In this document: positions 26,984-36,750 of the stretch, piece after piece
How the letters are laid out: each line of letters opens with the position of its first letter
Numbering within the stretch: position 1 is the first letter of the stretch
Source of the DNA: Polyangiales bacterium
GTDB taxonomy: Bacteria > Myxococcota_A > Polyangia > Polyangiales > Houyiibacteriaceae
DNA: 39,716 bases
Assembly: GCA_045106895.1 (NCBI GenBank)
Contig: JBGCFM010000248.1
Location: 1 to 39,716 of the forward strand
Direction of reading: 5' to 3'
Notes under the pieces: model-generated
The model's input: the letters and a program-made list of their open reading frames with translations, nothing else
Databases searched by the model: none
Told to the model about the DNA's origin: nothing
Program-made: the position numbers and the translations under genes

Positions 26984-29619
26984 CTAAATTCTCCTGTGAA
27001 GTGTTCGTTCGAGCGAAGTGTTTCTTTGCGACGGAGAAGCGAACGGTGGTGCCTTCGCCGAGCTCCGACTCAAGCCAGGCTTGCCCGCCGAGGGAGCGAG
27101 CGGCCTTCATCACAATGGCGAGGCCAAGCCCCGAGCCCTCTTTGTCTTTCGTCATCCGGCGGAAGATCGCGAAGACCTTCTCGTGATGAACTGGCGCGAT
27201 GCCCGGACCGTGATCGCGCACGTAGAACTCGTGGTGCCGTGGCTTTTTGAGGTAACCGATCTCAATGGTCGAAGCAGGTCTATCGCACCCATATTTGAGC
27301 GCGTTGCCCAAGAGGTTCAGAAATATCTGCTGCACACGCCTCGCGATGGTGTGCACACGGGGAAGCGCTGTGTTGATGACGAGGCGCGCGTCCGCCGCGA
27401 CGAATTGGGAGTCCAAAGAATCGGCGACCCCCGCGACGAGGGCCCCAATATCAACCCACTCTGCCTCTTCCTCTGCGCGGGTGACGCGACTCAACTCGAG
27501 CACATCTTTGATGAGCTCCGCCATCGCTGTCGTAGCGCGACTAACGCGCCCAGCAGAGTCGATGGCGTCCTCAATATCGTTGCGTTCAAGCGCCTCGGTG
27601 ACGAGCTGCGAGAAGCCCTGAATGGTCACCAAAGGTGATTTCAGATCATGGGACACCGTGTAGAGAAGCTCTTCCATCTCAAGGGTGCGGTTCTCGAGCT
27701 GGTCGAGGATTCGTTTGCGTTCCGTGTTGTCGACGATGGAGCTGAGCACGAAGCGTCCATCGGGTGTTTCGATGGGGTTGAGTCCGATCTCCGCCGGAAA
27801 CTCAGACCCGTCTTTACGCCGAGCAAAGAGCTGCTGGCCTGCGCCCATCAGGCGCTTCTTCGACGAGACCGCAAATAGCTCGCTCGCGTTGGGTTTCCCG
27901 TCGACGAGGTGTTGCGGAAGAAGACGCTCGACAAGCTCCCCCAGCATCTCGTCACGGTCGTAGCCGAAGATGCGTTCGGCCTCGGCATTGACGAGCACGA
28001 TCTGCCCCGAGCGATTCACCATGACCATGGCGTTGGGCGCCGACTCCACCGCTTGCTCAAAACGGCGCTGGGCATCCCGTCGCTCGGTGAGGTCGACGAC
28101 GGCGCTCAACACGTATCGTCCTTGGGGGCGTCTCGATGGGGTTTAGACCGAGAGACAGAGGAAACTCAGAGCCATCTTTTCGGATGCCCAGCAGCTCATT
28201 GGTGTTGCCAAGGGCCTGGGGTTTGGGCGCTTCCGAGAGACCCGAGCGCGCCGTCGGAGACTCCTCATCCTTGGTCTTTGGAATCAGCTGTTCGATGGGT
28301 TGGCCGAGCAGCTCTTCCCGCGGGTAGCCAAAGATGCGCTCCGTCTCGGTGTTGACGAGAACGATCATGCCAGTCGCATCAACCATGATCATCGCGTTGG
28401 GCGCCGACTCCACAACGACCTTCGAGCGCTCCTCGGCCTGCTCCGCCATCTCTTGCGCGATGGTGGCTTTCGTTGCCACCTCCATCGCTGCGGCGCGCTG
28501 CCGCTGAAGCTCGACGTCCCGGCGCTCCAGCGAAGTCTTCGTGGCTTCGAGATCGACTTGCATCACCTCGAGCTTTTCGATGGTCTGCGTGAGCTCCTCG
28601 TTCTTCGCCATCGCCGAGCGGTTCTTTCCGCTCAGAACGAAGAAGAACGCCAGGAGCAGGAGGTCGATCATGACGCCACCGATCAACACGATGAGAGGCT
28701 GACGACTCGCGCCTGCCTCACGAAACGATCGAGCGCTTTGAATGTCGAAGCGCCAGGTCCGGCCGTACAGCTCAACTTCCCGTACTTCGCGATACTGCGG
28801 CTCTGGGTCGTAGTCCGGCTCGCCGGCCACGTGCTCGTCGTAGAGAACCTGGTCAGCGTCGTCGATTCGAACTCCGACGTGTCGACGCTCGCGCGAGAGC
28901 GTGCCGGCCATGAGTTCGCGCACCACAAAGGGCGCGTAGACGATGCCTGCGAAGTTCGCGCGTCGCTCCTCAACGGACTCGTCCTCGCCACGGTAGAGCG
29001 GGACAAAGAACAAGAACCCAGGCGTCTGCTGTTCATCCTGGACCAACGCGATCGGCCCCGCGAGCTGTGGTCGCCCCGTATCGCGAACTCGCGCGACACC
29101 GTCCGAGCGGTTTGCTTCGTGGGCCATGTCGAGACCGACGGCCAAAGCGTTGCCCTCAACGGGCTCGATATAGGTGATCGGATAGTGCTGCTCGGTGTCC
29201 GTCATCGGGTGAACACGAAAGTCAGGACGCAACACCCGCTGCGCGCTCAGGTATGAACCAAGGTCCTCATGACGTACCGGCTCGATGATGCCGATTCCGG
29301 TGATGCCCGGATACTCGCGCTCGATGCGCGCCGTTCGCGCGAAGGTGCGCCACTCTTCCAGTGAAGCCGCGCCGCCCAAGGCCTGCACGGCGCTCGCTCC
29401 TCCCCAAAGCGCCAGCTCGTACTTCTGCAGTCGCTCCATCACGAGCTCCACCACCTGGGCCGACTCCCGCTCAAAGCGCGCGACAGCTTGGTTCTCGACC
29501 TGCTCTTCGGAGAAACGCCACGCGGTGATCGTCAGGAGCAGCGACGCGCCCACCACAAACCAATGCAGCCACCGGAGTGTTGAGGTGCGCTTTGGCTTTG
29601 TGCTTTGCGTGCGAGACAT
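26976..29619 (-). CDS. CHASE-PAS-PAS sensor histidine kinase (~880 aa) split by a +1 frameshift in a G5 run
   Basis: CHASE motifs (YIEP, AVGLD), coiled coil, two PAS/PAC repeats (VESAPNAM...RKDGSEFP), H-box SHDLKSPL, N-box NLLGNALKY, DHGPGI, GSGLGLAI. Removing one G at 28124-28128 gives NPIETPQGRYVLSAVVD, matching the second PAS (NPIETPDGRFVLSSIVD). Confidence 0.9.
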
Positions 29620-29701
29620 TCTAACTCAGACGTGGGGGGTCTTAGCCGTGCATCCGGCGCCGCAACCGGACACTTGCGCTGATTTGGCTCGCACTCTCGG
29701 T

Positions 29702-30634
29702 TCAGAGTGCGCGTAGAAACTCGCGTGCGTGCGCTGCAAACACATGCGGAAACTCTTCATGGGCAAAGAGCCGCCCCTCCGGGATCTCCACCAAGTCCAC
29801 AGGTCCAGCGAACTGGCTCATCATCGCTTTGGCAGCCCGCAGGGGGAACACCCGATCACGCGCGCCCCAAATGAGACGTGTCGGCGTCTGGATCTGGGCA
29901 TGCGCGCGCTCCAGGGCGTCGACGACGGCGAAGTCGAAGGTGCGTATGAAACCCAACGAGTCCACGAGGCGCCGCGGGTCCGCCAAAAGCGGCGCGAGCG
30001 TGAGGGCGTAGAAGTCGGAGTCTTCGGCGAGAAGCGCAAGATCCGTGAACGAGGACCCAAAGCCGATGGCCCGCGAGCGCCGAAGCCACCCGGCATGCAG
30101 CATGGTTTTCAGGACGCCGGCGCCCCCCGGTGTACGCGCGAGGATCTTCAACGCGCGAATCACGAAGGGCCTGTGGTGCGGAATTTCTGTATTACCGCTG
30201 ACGATGCAACGGACGTTGTTCGGCCTTTGGACCGCGGCCAGCCGGGAGATGGCGCCGCCGCTGTTATGCGCCACCAAGGCGACCTTCTTCAGATGCAACG
30301 CATCGATGACGCGCGCGGTGGTGTCTGCGAGGCTCACGAGCTCCGTCGGCGCGTCTCCCGTGCTCGTGGACAGGCCCGCGCCCGGCAGGTCAAAGAGGTG
30401 GCAGGTGAACTCCTCGGCGAGCGTCGCCGCCACCTCTCGAAACGTGGAGGAGCTCACTGGCCAGCCATGAACAAAGAGTAAGTCAGGCCCATTCCCGACA
30501 CGACGGTAGGCGAGGCGACTATGCCCCACGTCGATGAACGCCGGCGCCTGACGCCAGGTATCGAGGCCTCGAAGGGAGGCTGCCGGGAGACTCGCGCGTC
30601 GAAGCACGGCGGAAGAGACTGTTGTTAGTGTCAT
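29702..30634 (-). CDS. Alpha/beta-fold hydrolase (epoxide hydrolase/dehalogenase-like) with Asn at the nucleophile position
   Basis: HGWP oxyanion motif, DLPGAG, AHNSGG elbow, WGARD, HEE; start ATG 30634. Confidence 0.85.
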   Translation of the reverse strand: MTLTTVSSAVLRRASLPAASLRGLDTWRQAPAFIDVGHSRLAYRRVGNGPDLLFVHGWPVSSSTFREVAATLAEEFTCHLFDLPGAGLSTSTGDAPTELVSLADTTARVIDALHLKKVALVAHNSGGAISRLAAVQRPNNVRCIVSGNTEIPHHRPFVIRALKILARTPGGAGVLKTMLHAGWLRRSRAIGFGSSFTDLALLAEDSDFYALTLAPLLADPRRLVDSLGFIRTFDFAVVDALERAHAQIQTPTRLIWGARDRVFPLRAAKAMMSQFAGPVDLVEIPEGRLFAHEEFPHVFAAHAREFLRAL

Positions 30635-30669
30635 GGGTCCAACATTCGTAGCGACCCGGGACCTCGCAA

Positions 30670-30685
30670 TGACCTCAGGAGGTAA
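30670..30685. promoter_or_regulatory. Palindromic operator candidate TGACCTC-AG-GAGGTAA
   Basis: 7-bp arms with one mismatch, between the divergent hydrolase and XRE/MmyB genes; extra GACCTC half-site at 30660-30665. Confidence 0.65.
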
Positions 30686-30720
30686 GTGAGGGCGCTCCTC
30701 CTTGTCGCTATGCTCTCGCC

Positions 30721-31548
30721 ATGGGCAACACCGCACTCCGCTCGGGGCTCTTCCCCGCCCAGCTAAAATATTGGCGAAATCAGCGCGGCCTGAGTCAGCT
30801 CGACTTCTCCCTCGTCGCCGAAGTGTCGGCGCGTCACATCAGCTTTCTAGAGACCGGTCGAGCTTCCCCCAGCCGCGATATGGTGCTGCGCTTGGGCGCG
30901 GCGTTGGCGGTGCCCCTTCGCGACCAAAACCGGCTTCTCCGCGCCGCAGGCTTCGACGCTCACTTTGACGAAGAGACGCCGAGCGTCCCGGCCATCGTGA
31001 GAGACGTCCTCACGCGTATGATGAAGCAACATGAGCCCTACCCGATGGTCGTCGTCGACCGCTGCTACAACCTCGTTGAGATGAACCAAGGGGCCAGCGC
31101 GCTCATCACACGTTTCGTGTCGGACCCAGGCGCCGCAACACCTCCGCTCAACCTCCTCCACATGCTCTTCGACCCACGTCTCTCCCGGCCCTTCGTGCAA
31201 GACTGGGAGACGCTCGCGGGTTTCCTTCTCTCTCGCGTTCACCAAGAGCTCCTCTTGCGCGGCGATGACGCGGAGCTGCGCAGCCTCCTTGGTGAGCTCT
31301 TGAGTTTTGAGGACGTGCCCGAGGATTGGCGACAGCCAGACTTCGCCACGGGTGGTGATCCCGTTTTCATGACGCGCCTCAAACGAGACGAGTACGCCCT
31401 CGCCTTCGCGAGCACCCTGACTCACTTCAGCGGACCCCAAGCCGTCATGTTGGAGGAGCTGCGAATCGAGAGCTTCTTCCCCCTGGATGACGAGACCGAG
31501 GCCTTCTGCGAGGGCCTCCGCGATTCGAGTTCGCGCGCGTCTACTTGA
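30721..31548 (+). CDS. XRE-family HTH regulator with MmyB-like ligand-binding domain
   Basis: LKYWRNQRGLSQLDFSLVAEVSARHISFLETGRASPSRDMV; HEPYPMVVVDR; ELRIESFFPLD. Confidence 0.92.
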   Translation: MGNTALRSGLFPAQLKYWRNQRGLSQLDFSLVAEVSARHISFLETGRASPSRDMVLRLGAALAVPLRDQNRLLRAAGFDAHFDEETPSVPAIVRDVLTRMMKQHEPYPMVVVDRCYNLVEMNQGASALITRFVSDPGAATPPLNLLHMLFDPRLSRPFVQDWETLAGFLLSRVHQELLLRGDDAELRSLLGELLSFEDVPEDWRQPDFATGGDPVFMTRLKRDEYALAFASTLTHFSGPQAVMLEELRIESFFPLDDETEAFCEGLRDSSSRAST

Positions 31549-32371
31549 ACGCGTCCATGATCTCCGCGTCCGTGCCAAAGACCTCTTCCACCTCGTCGTG
31601 CTCGAGGAGCCACTCCGCCAGCGCCGCTCCTCGGTTCGGCGCGGCAGAAAGCTCTTCCAACGCTGCGAGGAGCTCATCCGTGAGTCGCCCAAGATCCGCG
31701 TCAGGGACGAGCTCAAGCAGTGACGCTTCCACCGCTCGGTGAAGTACGCCACCGAGCTGCTGACGAATGGCCGCGATTCGAAGAGCCTCCGGCGAGGGCG
31801 CGGCGGGCGCGCGCTTCGGCTCCGGCGGATACGGCAGCGGCTCCGTTCCACCGCAATTCGGACACGCCCACGGGCCGCGCTCGAGTGGACTAAGAACGGG
31901 ACACGCCGCGCAGGCGGAGACCTCCCGGATGCTCTCCGGCGACAGCCAGTCGACGACGGGCAGCTTCAGCGCCGAAGCGAAACCGTACGCATGCCCTGCA
32001 CCACCGTCATAGTTGGCGGCCGTATCCGGCGCGAGCGAAGGAAGACGGGTGAGCTCAAGACCAACAAGCTCAGCGGCGCGAGATATGCTCCCCGTGCTCT
32101 TCGCGGGTCGCGGGCTTGGGTCCCACGACTGCGAGTAGGTGAACACCTCTTCCTCGCCGTCGCGCACCGCCATGTCCCAGCCGTGGTCCTCGGCGTAACG
32201 CCAGAACACGACCACTCCGCCCTCGACGTAGGCGCCATCGCCGGCAGGACCATAAGGGAGGAACGTCGTCCAACTCTCATTCTGCGCCACGACGACGGGC
32301 AGCGCCGAGCAGCGCGCAAGCAGCTCGCTTGGCGTTCCTCGAAAGTGAAACGAATGACTGAATTGACTCAT
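31541..32371 (-). CDS. Hypothetical protein: domain shared with 2044..2517, zinc ribbon, acidic helical C-terminal domain
   Basis: Start ATG 32371 (MSQFSHSFHFRG); CAAC...CPNCG; tail LAEWLLEHDEVEEVFGTD. Confidence 0.7.
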   Translation of the reverse strand: MSQFSHSFHFRGTPSELLARCSALPVVVAQNESWTTFLPYGPAGDGAYVEGGVVVFWRYAEDHGWDMAVRDGEEEVFTYSQSWDPSPRPAKSTGSISRAAELVGLELTRLPSLAPDTAANYDGGAGHAYGFASALKLPVVDWLSPESIREVSACAACPVLSPLERGPWACPNCGGTEPLPYPPEPKRAPAAPSPEALRIAAIRQQLGGVLHRAVEASLLELVPDADLGRLTDELLAALEELSAAPNRGAALAEWLLEHDEVEEVFGTDAEIMDAFK

Positions 32372-32452
32372 GATGGAACCGGGCGCAGCTACATGTACGG
32401 TCAAGTGTACCCACATCTTCCTGGTGTGCCCTGAACATCCCTGCTCAAAATT

Positions 32453-32477
32453 TGGTATGGTTTCGGCTCCCTGGAGG
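32453..32477 (+). promoter_or_regulatory. Extended -10 element (TG-n-TATGGT) and GGAGG ribosome-binding site of the DUF1552 operon
   Basis: TGGTATGGT at 32453-32461; GGAGG at 32473-32477, 5 nt before TTG 32483. Confidence 0.5.
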
Positions 32478-32482
32478 TTCCT

Positions 32483-33916
32483 TTGTTCGTCAAGAAGACC
32501 TGGAAACGCCGTGACTTTCTCGCCGCCGCGGGTCTGACAACGGCCGGCGCCGCACTCGCCCCACTTTTTCCGCTCCCCGAAGCGGAAGCCCAGATGGGCC
32601 CGAAACGTCTGATCCTCATCACCCACGCGATGGGCACGGACATGACGCGATGGCGGCCGACGGGCACGAGCGAGACGGACTTTGAGCTCAGCATGCAGCT
32701 CAACCCCCTCCAAGCTTACAAAGACCGCATGCTCGTCCTCGACGGCATCGACAACATGGCGGCCTACACGAACTCCGCGGCGTCAGGCCACTTTGGCTGC
32801 TCGACGCTATGGACCGGCCACGGCATCCCCACCGGGACCGTTCGCTCCGAAGGCGTGGGGTGGCCGCTCCACGCCTCCATCGACCAGCCGATCGGAAGAG
32901 CCGTCGGCGAGGGCACCAACTTCGATGCGTTTCACTGGGGCCTCTACCCAACGACCTTCGCGTCGGGTTCCAACCAAGGCCCCAACGGCGTGGCGCACCA
33001 CCGCGGCGATGGCCAGTTCATCGAGCCCGAGATCTACCCCGACCGCGCCTTCGAACGCCTCTTCGATGGAGTCACCGGCGACGCCGAAGAGATCGCGCGA
33101 ATCCGCCGCGAGCGCGGGAGCGTCCTCGACGTAGTCCGAGGAGAGATCAACCGCGTGCGCGCCGAGCTTCCGAGCGGCGACCGCGACCGAATGGACGCCC
33201 ACCTTCACGGCATTCGCGTCATCGAGGAACGCCTGACGCAGCTGCAGCCCACGTGCATCGTGCCGGACCATCCCGGCGCATGGGAGGCGAGTCAGATCCG
33301 CGACTTCCGGAACCATCCCGAGATGACGACGCTTCAGTTTCGCCTGATGAACATCGCGCTGGCCTGCGACCTGACGCGCGTCGCGTGTTTCCACTGGTCT
33401 CACTCCGAAGGCACCGGGAACTTCATGCAGGCCGAAGACCCTTCCTACGAAGACTTCGGCAGCTTCCACGTGCTCAGCCACGAGCTCAGCTACGACGTCG
33501 TCGGGGAGCGCACCCTCTCCGACGCGGACCGCGACCTGGCGCGACGCAATATGAGCAACCTGACGCAGTGGCGCGCTCGCAAAATCGCCGACGACCTCCT
33601 CGGAACGATGCCCCAAGACGTCTTCGACAAGTCGCTAGTGGTCTGGGCCTCCGAGATGAGCGAAGGCGGGACACACTCCAACTACAACATTCCCCTCGTG
33701 ATGGTTCAGGGCGATGACTTTGGCTACTTCAACACCGGCCGTCATCTACGCTGGGGCAACTACGACCCTCTCGACAACTTCCGCCCCCCGGTCGGCGAAC
33801 GTGGCGAGCCCATGAACAAAGTGCTCGTATCGATCTGTCACTCTATGGGTCTGACAGACGTCGACTTCGTCGGTGACGAGTCGATCTCGCGTGGTCCCCT
33901 CGAGGAACTCCGATGA
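32483..33916 (+). CDS. DUF1552 domain protein with Tat signal
   Basis: KRRDFL Tat motif; PKRLI, SIDQ, PDRAFERLF, SVLD, HLHGIRVIE, ALACDLTRV, SEM...HS..NIP. Confidence 0.9.
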   Translation: MFVKKTWKRRDFLAAAGLTTAGAALAPLFPLPEAEAQMGPKRLILITHAMGTDMTRWRPTGTSETDFELSMQLNPLQAYKDRMLVLDGIDNMAAYTNSAASGHFGCSTLWTGHGIPTGTVRSEGVGWPLHASIDQPIGRAVGEGTNFDAFHWGLYPTTFASGSNQGPNGVAHHRGDGQFIEPEIYPDRAFERLFDGVTGDAEEIARIRRERGSVLDVVRGEINRVRAELPSGDRDRMDAHLHGIRVIEERLTQLQPTCIVPDHPGAWEASQIRDFRNHPEMTTLQFRLMNIALACDLTRVACFHWSHSEGTGNFMQAEDPSYEDFGSFHVLSHELSYDVVGERTLSDADRDLARRNMSNLTQWRARKIADDLLGTMPQDVFDKSLVVWASEMSEGGTHSNYNIPLVMVQGDDFGYFNTGRHLRWGNYDPLDNFRPPVGERGEPMNKVLVSICHSMGLTDVDFVGDESISRGPLEELR

Positions 33917-35514
33917 TTCGTCTGCTCTGCATCTGCGCGCTGCTGGTAGCCGCCTGCGAGGGCGATATTGGGGACCGCGACCCCAACGCCACTCCAGCGC
34001 CTGGCCCACACACAATGGTGGAGAAATGTCCCACCTGCGTCGGCGTCTCTCCCCTCGCCCGGCTCACTCGCGCCGAATACGAAGGCACCATCCGCCAGGT
34101 CTTCGGTGAAGACTCTTTGAGCGCGTTCGATTTTGACCGATTGCCGGGTGACGGTCGCGTGGGCCCCTTCACCAGCAACGCGGAGCTCCTCGTCGACGAC
34201 GCATCGGTGCAGGCCTACCGCGATGTCGCCGAGCGCGCGGCAGACTCCCTCGCCGCCGATGCCGCCTGCGAAGACCGCACATGCGCGACGCTCTTCATCG
34301 CACGCGTCGGCGAAGGCCTCTTTCGACAACCCTTGAGCGACGAAGAACAAGAAGCCTACGAAGCGCTCCTCGACATCGACGCGGACGTCACCACAGGTGT
34401 TCGCCTCGCCGTCACCGCCCTCCTGCAGTCGCCGCGCTTTTTGTATCGCGTCGAACTTGGGACCGGGGAAATCGTTCCCGGCACCGTGGAGCTGAGCGGC
34501 CGGGAGCTCGCCACGAGGCTCGCCTTCCTCTTCACCCGAGAGAGCCCCGACGAAGCACTCCTCGCCGCCGCCGACGATGGGCGCCTCGACACCACCGAAG
34601 GTATTCGCGCCGAAGCCGAGCGACTCTTCGCTCATCCAAACGCCGACCGAATGATCATCGACTTCCATCATGGTTGGCTTGGCCTCGACGCGCTTCAACA
34701 GCGAACGCCGGACCCTGCCGCGCACCCTGAATTCGCGGCCCTCCAAGAAGACATCCTCGCAGAGACCCACGCCTTCGTACTCGCCAACATGCGCGGCGAC
34801 GCGAGCTTCAGCGAGCTCTTCCTGGCGAACTACACCTACGCCAGCGATGAGCTCGCCGCGTACTACGGCTCAGAGCCTGGGATGATGAGCGACGCATCGG
34901 ACCTTCCGCGCGTAGAGCTCAACGGAGACGAACGCAGCGGCTTGCTGACCCAGGCCGGAGTCATCTCCGCGCACACCGTCGAAGACAGCACCGCCGGCGT
35001 CCACCGCGGCAAGTTCATTCGAGAGAACTTCTTGTGCCTCTCGTTGCCCGCGCCGCCCCCCGTCGACGCGATCGTGGCGCCGGACCCCACCCTCTCCACG
35101 CGTCAGCGCTTCGAAGCCAAGACCGGCGTCGATGGCTGCCGAAACTGCCACGTGCTCCTCAACCCGACGGGCTTCTTGCTCGAGCACTACGACCTCACCG
35201 GCGCTTACCGCGATATGGACGGCGAGTTCCCCATCGACGCCAGCGGCGGCTTGCCCGGCTCTGACGTAGACGGCCCCTTGGACGGAGCCCTCGAGCTGAG
35301 CCAGGCCCTCGCGACAAGCGAAATGGCGCAGCGCTGCATGGTGCGTCAGTGGTTCCGCTACACCATGGGACGCACGGACGGGACGGAGGACGCCACAGCC
35401 ATCGAGGAGACCTTCGAAGCATTCCAAGGGAGCGACTACAACCTCCGCGAGCTCGTCATTACGCTCACGACGACGTCCGCATTCCGGCTTCGTCAAGCGC
35501 CTGAAGGCGAGTAG
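33913..35514 (+). CDS. DUF1592/DUF1588-family (PSD/PSCyt) lipoprotein with one CxxCH motif
   Basis: RLTRAEYEGTI, LLQSPRFLYRVE, ELATRLAF, ERSGLLTQ, VHRGKFI, CRNCH; lipobox VAAC; ATGA overlap with the DUF1552 gene. Confidence 0.9.
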   Translation: MIRLLCICALLVAACEGDIGDRDPNATPAPGPHTMVEKCPTCVGVSPLARLTRAEYEGTIRQVFGEDSLSAFDFDRLPGDGRVGPFTSNAELLVDDASVQAYRDVAERAADSLAADAACEDRTCATLFIARVGEGLFRQPLSDEEQEAYEALLDIDADVTTGVRLAVTALLQSPRFLYRVELGTGEIVPGTVELSGRELATRLAFLFTRESPDEALLAAADDGRLDTTEGIRAEAERLFAHPNADRMIIDFHHGWLGLDALQQRTPDPAAHPEFAALQEDILAETHAFVLANMRGDASFSELFLANYTYASDELAAYYGSEPGMMSDASDLPRVELNGDERSGLLTQAGVISAHTVEDSTAGVHRGKFIRENFLCLSLPAPPPVDAIVAPDPTLSTRQRFEAKTGVDGCRNCHVLLNPTGFLLEHYDLTGAYRDMDGEFPIDASGGLPGSDVDGPLDGALELSQALATSEMAQRCMVRQWFRYTMGRTDGTEDATAIEETFEAFQGSDYNLRELVITLTTTSAFRLRQAPEGE

Positions 35515-35556
35515 CACGCCGGGGGATGCCGGTGAACTACCCGCTCGGATCGAAAC

Positions 35557-36009
35557 TCACACCCTGGGGCGCTCGAGGGAGTCGTCGGCCTGAGGGTAAC
35601 GCGCCCAGGTAAGAAACGCGCCGAGGGCGACGAACCCCACCCCGAAACAGAGCGTCCAAAGAAAGTCCGACGTGTGGTCGCGTTCAATGGAGGCCAGAAC
35701 AGGGTCTGTGGTCGATTCCAACATTCGGCTGAGAGCCACAGAGGATGCCCAGAACAATCCTACTCCGGCGATGACGGAGAAGAGTCCAAAGATGGATGCG
35801 AGAGACCATAAGGCCCCGGAACGAGGGGGAGGTAGCCTCGGCGCGCCGAAGACCTTACGTCGAACGGTACTGGGAACCAGCGCCAACGCCGCTCCCACCT
35901 CCGGAGATAGGTCGAAGGCGCTGCCCAGCGCGATTCCTGCGACGAACCCGAGAGCAAACAGAATCGCGTCGATGTGGTCGTAGGCGACGGTGCTCGGTTC
36001 GCTTTGCAT
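35557..36009 (-). CDS. Hypothetical membrane protein
   Basis: Three to four hydrophobic helices; TAGCAT 5 nt upstream of the ATG. Confidence 0.65.
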   Translation of the reverse strand: MQSEPSTVAYDHIDAILFALGFVAGIALGSAFDLSPEVGAALALVPSTVRRKVFGAPRLPPPRSGALWSLASIFGLFSVIAGVGLFWASSVALSRMLESTTDPVLASIERDHTSDFLWTLCFGVGFVALGAFLTWARYPQADDSLERPRV

Positions 36010-36116
36010 TCGGCATGCTACACCGCGGTCGCCTCGCGCGCAGAATGCAGCGTGCTTTTCCGCGGCCGTAGATTGGAGAACGAAGTGCTACGCAGCAAAG
36101 CGTTCAGGCGCGAACA

Positions 36117-36731
36117 CTACGCCCCAAAGAACGAAGCAAGCCAACGCAATAGCTCGCCACCCAGGAACACCCCAAGGCAGACCATCGGAATGAACCCGAC
36201 GAAGGAACCGACAACCATCGTCCGAAACGAGACCCGGGTGGTTCCCATCATGAAGAGCGCCGGCTGGCTCGTGTAGGTCAGCAAGCGAAAGGCGATCATT
36301 CCCCACACGCCGCGCTCGATGAGCCACTCTTCGTAGCGGAGCAGGCGACCTTTGAGCCGCGCGCGCACCCAGTCGTAGGCCACGAAGCGTGCGATGGCGT
36401 AACACAAACACGCGGAGAGCACGGCGCCGGTCAGGGCGATGGGCACCGCGAACCAAGGCGCCCAGATGAGACCCGCCGCTGCCGTAAAGATGTGCGCCGA
36501 GACGCCCACGGGTTGGAGGCTCGTGAACGCCAAGAGGAAGCCCACAACGCCCCAGGCGCCGGCGGCTTGAGTCTGGGCGACGATGCCGTCGATGGTGATA
36601 TCGGCGAGGACACCGCTGTAAAGAAGAGCGCTGACCAGAGCGACGACGACCAAAGCAAAGACGATGCGCGGCGCTTTGGCTCGAACCGGGCTGGGCGCCT
36701 CCATCTCCTCGGCATCTTGGGTGTCAGACAC
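36117..36731 (-). CDS. TVP38/TMEM64 (VTT/DedA superfamily) membrane protein
   Basis: Re-entrant helix pattern, YAIARF, IAFRL, GSFVGFIP; GTG with TAGACT 6 nt upstream. Confidence 0.85.
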   Translation of the reverse strand: MSDTQDAEEMEAPSPVRAKAPRIVFALVVVALVSALLYSGVLADITIDGIVAQTQAAGAWGVVGFLLAFTSLQPVGVSAHIFTAAAGLIWAPWFAVPIALTGAVLSACLCYAIARFVAYDWVRARLKGRLLRYEEWLIERGVWGMIAFRLLTYTSQPALFMMGTTRVSFRTMVVGSFVGFIPMVCLGVFLGGELLRWLASFFGA

Positions 36732-36750
36732 GGCTGGAGTCTAGAGCCTC

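Noticed and set aside
32453..32468. GG-N10-GC spacing suggesting a sigma54 promoter
   Set aside because: The -12 element is CGGC rather than TTGC, and the implied start would cut off the GGAGG site; an extended -10 fits better.
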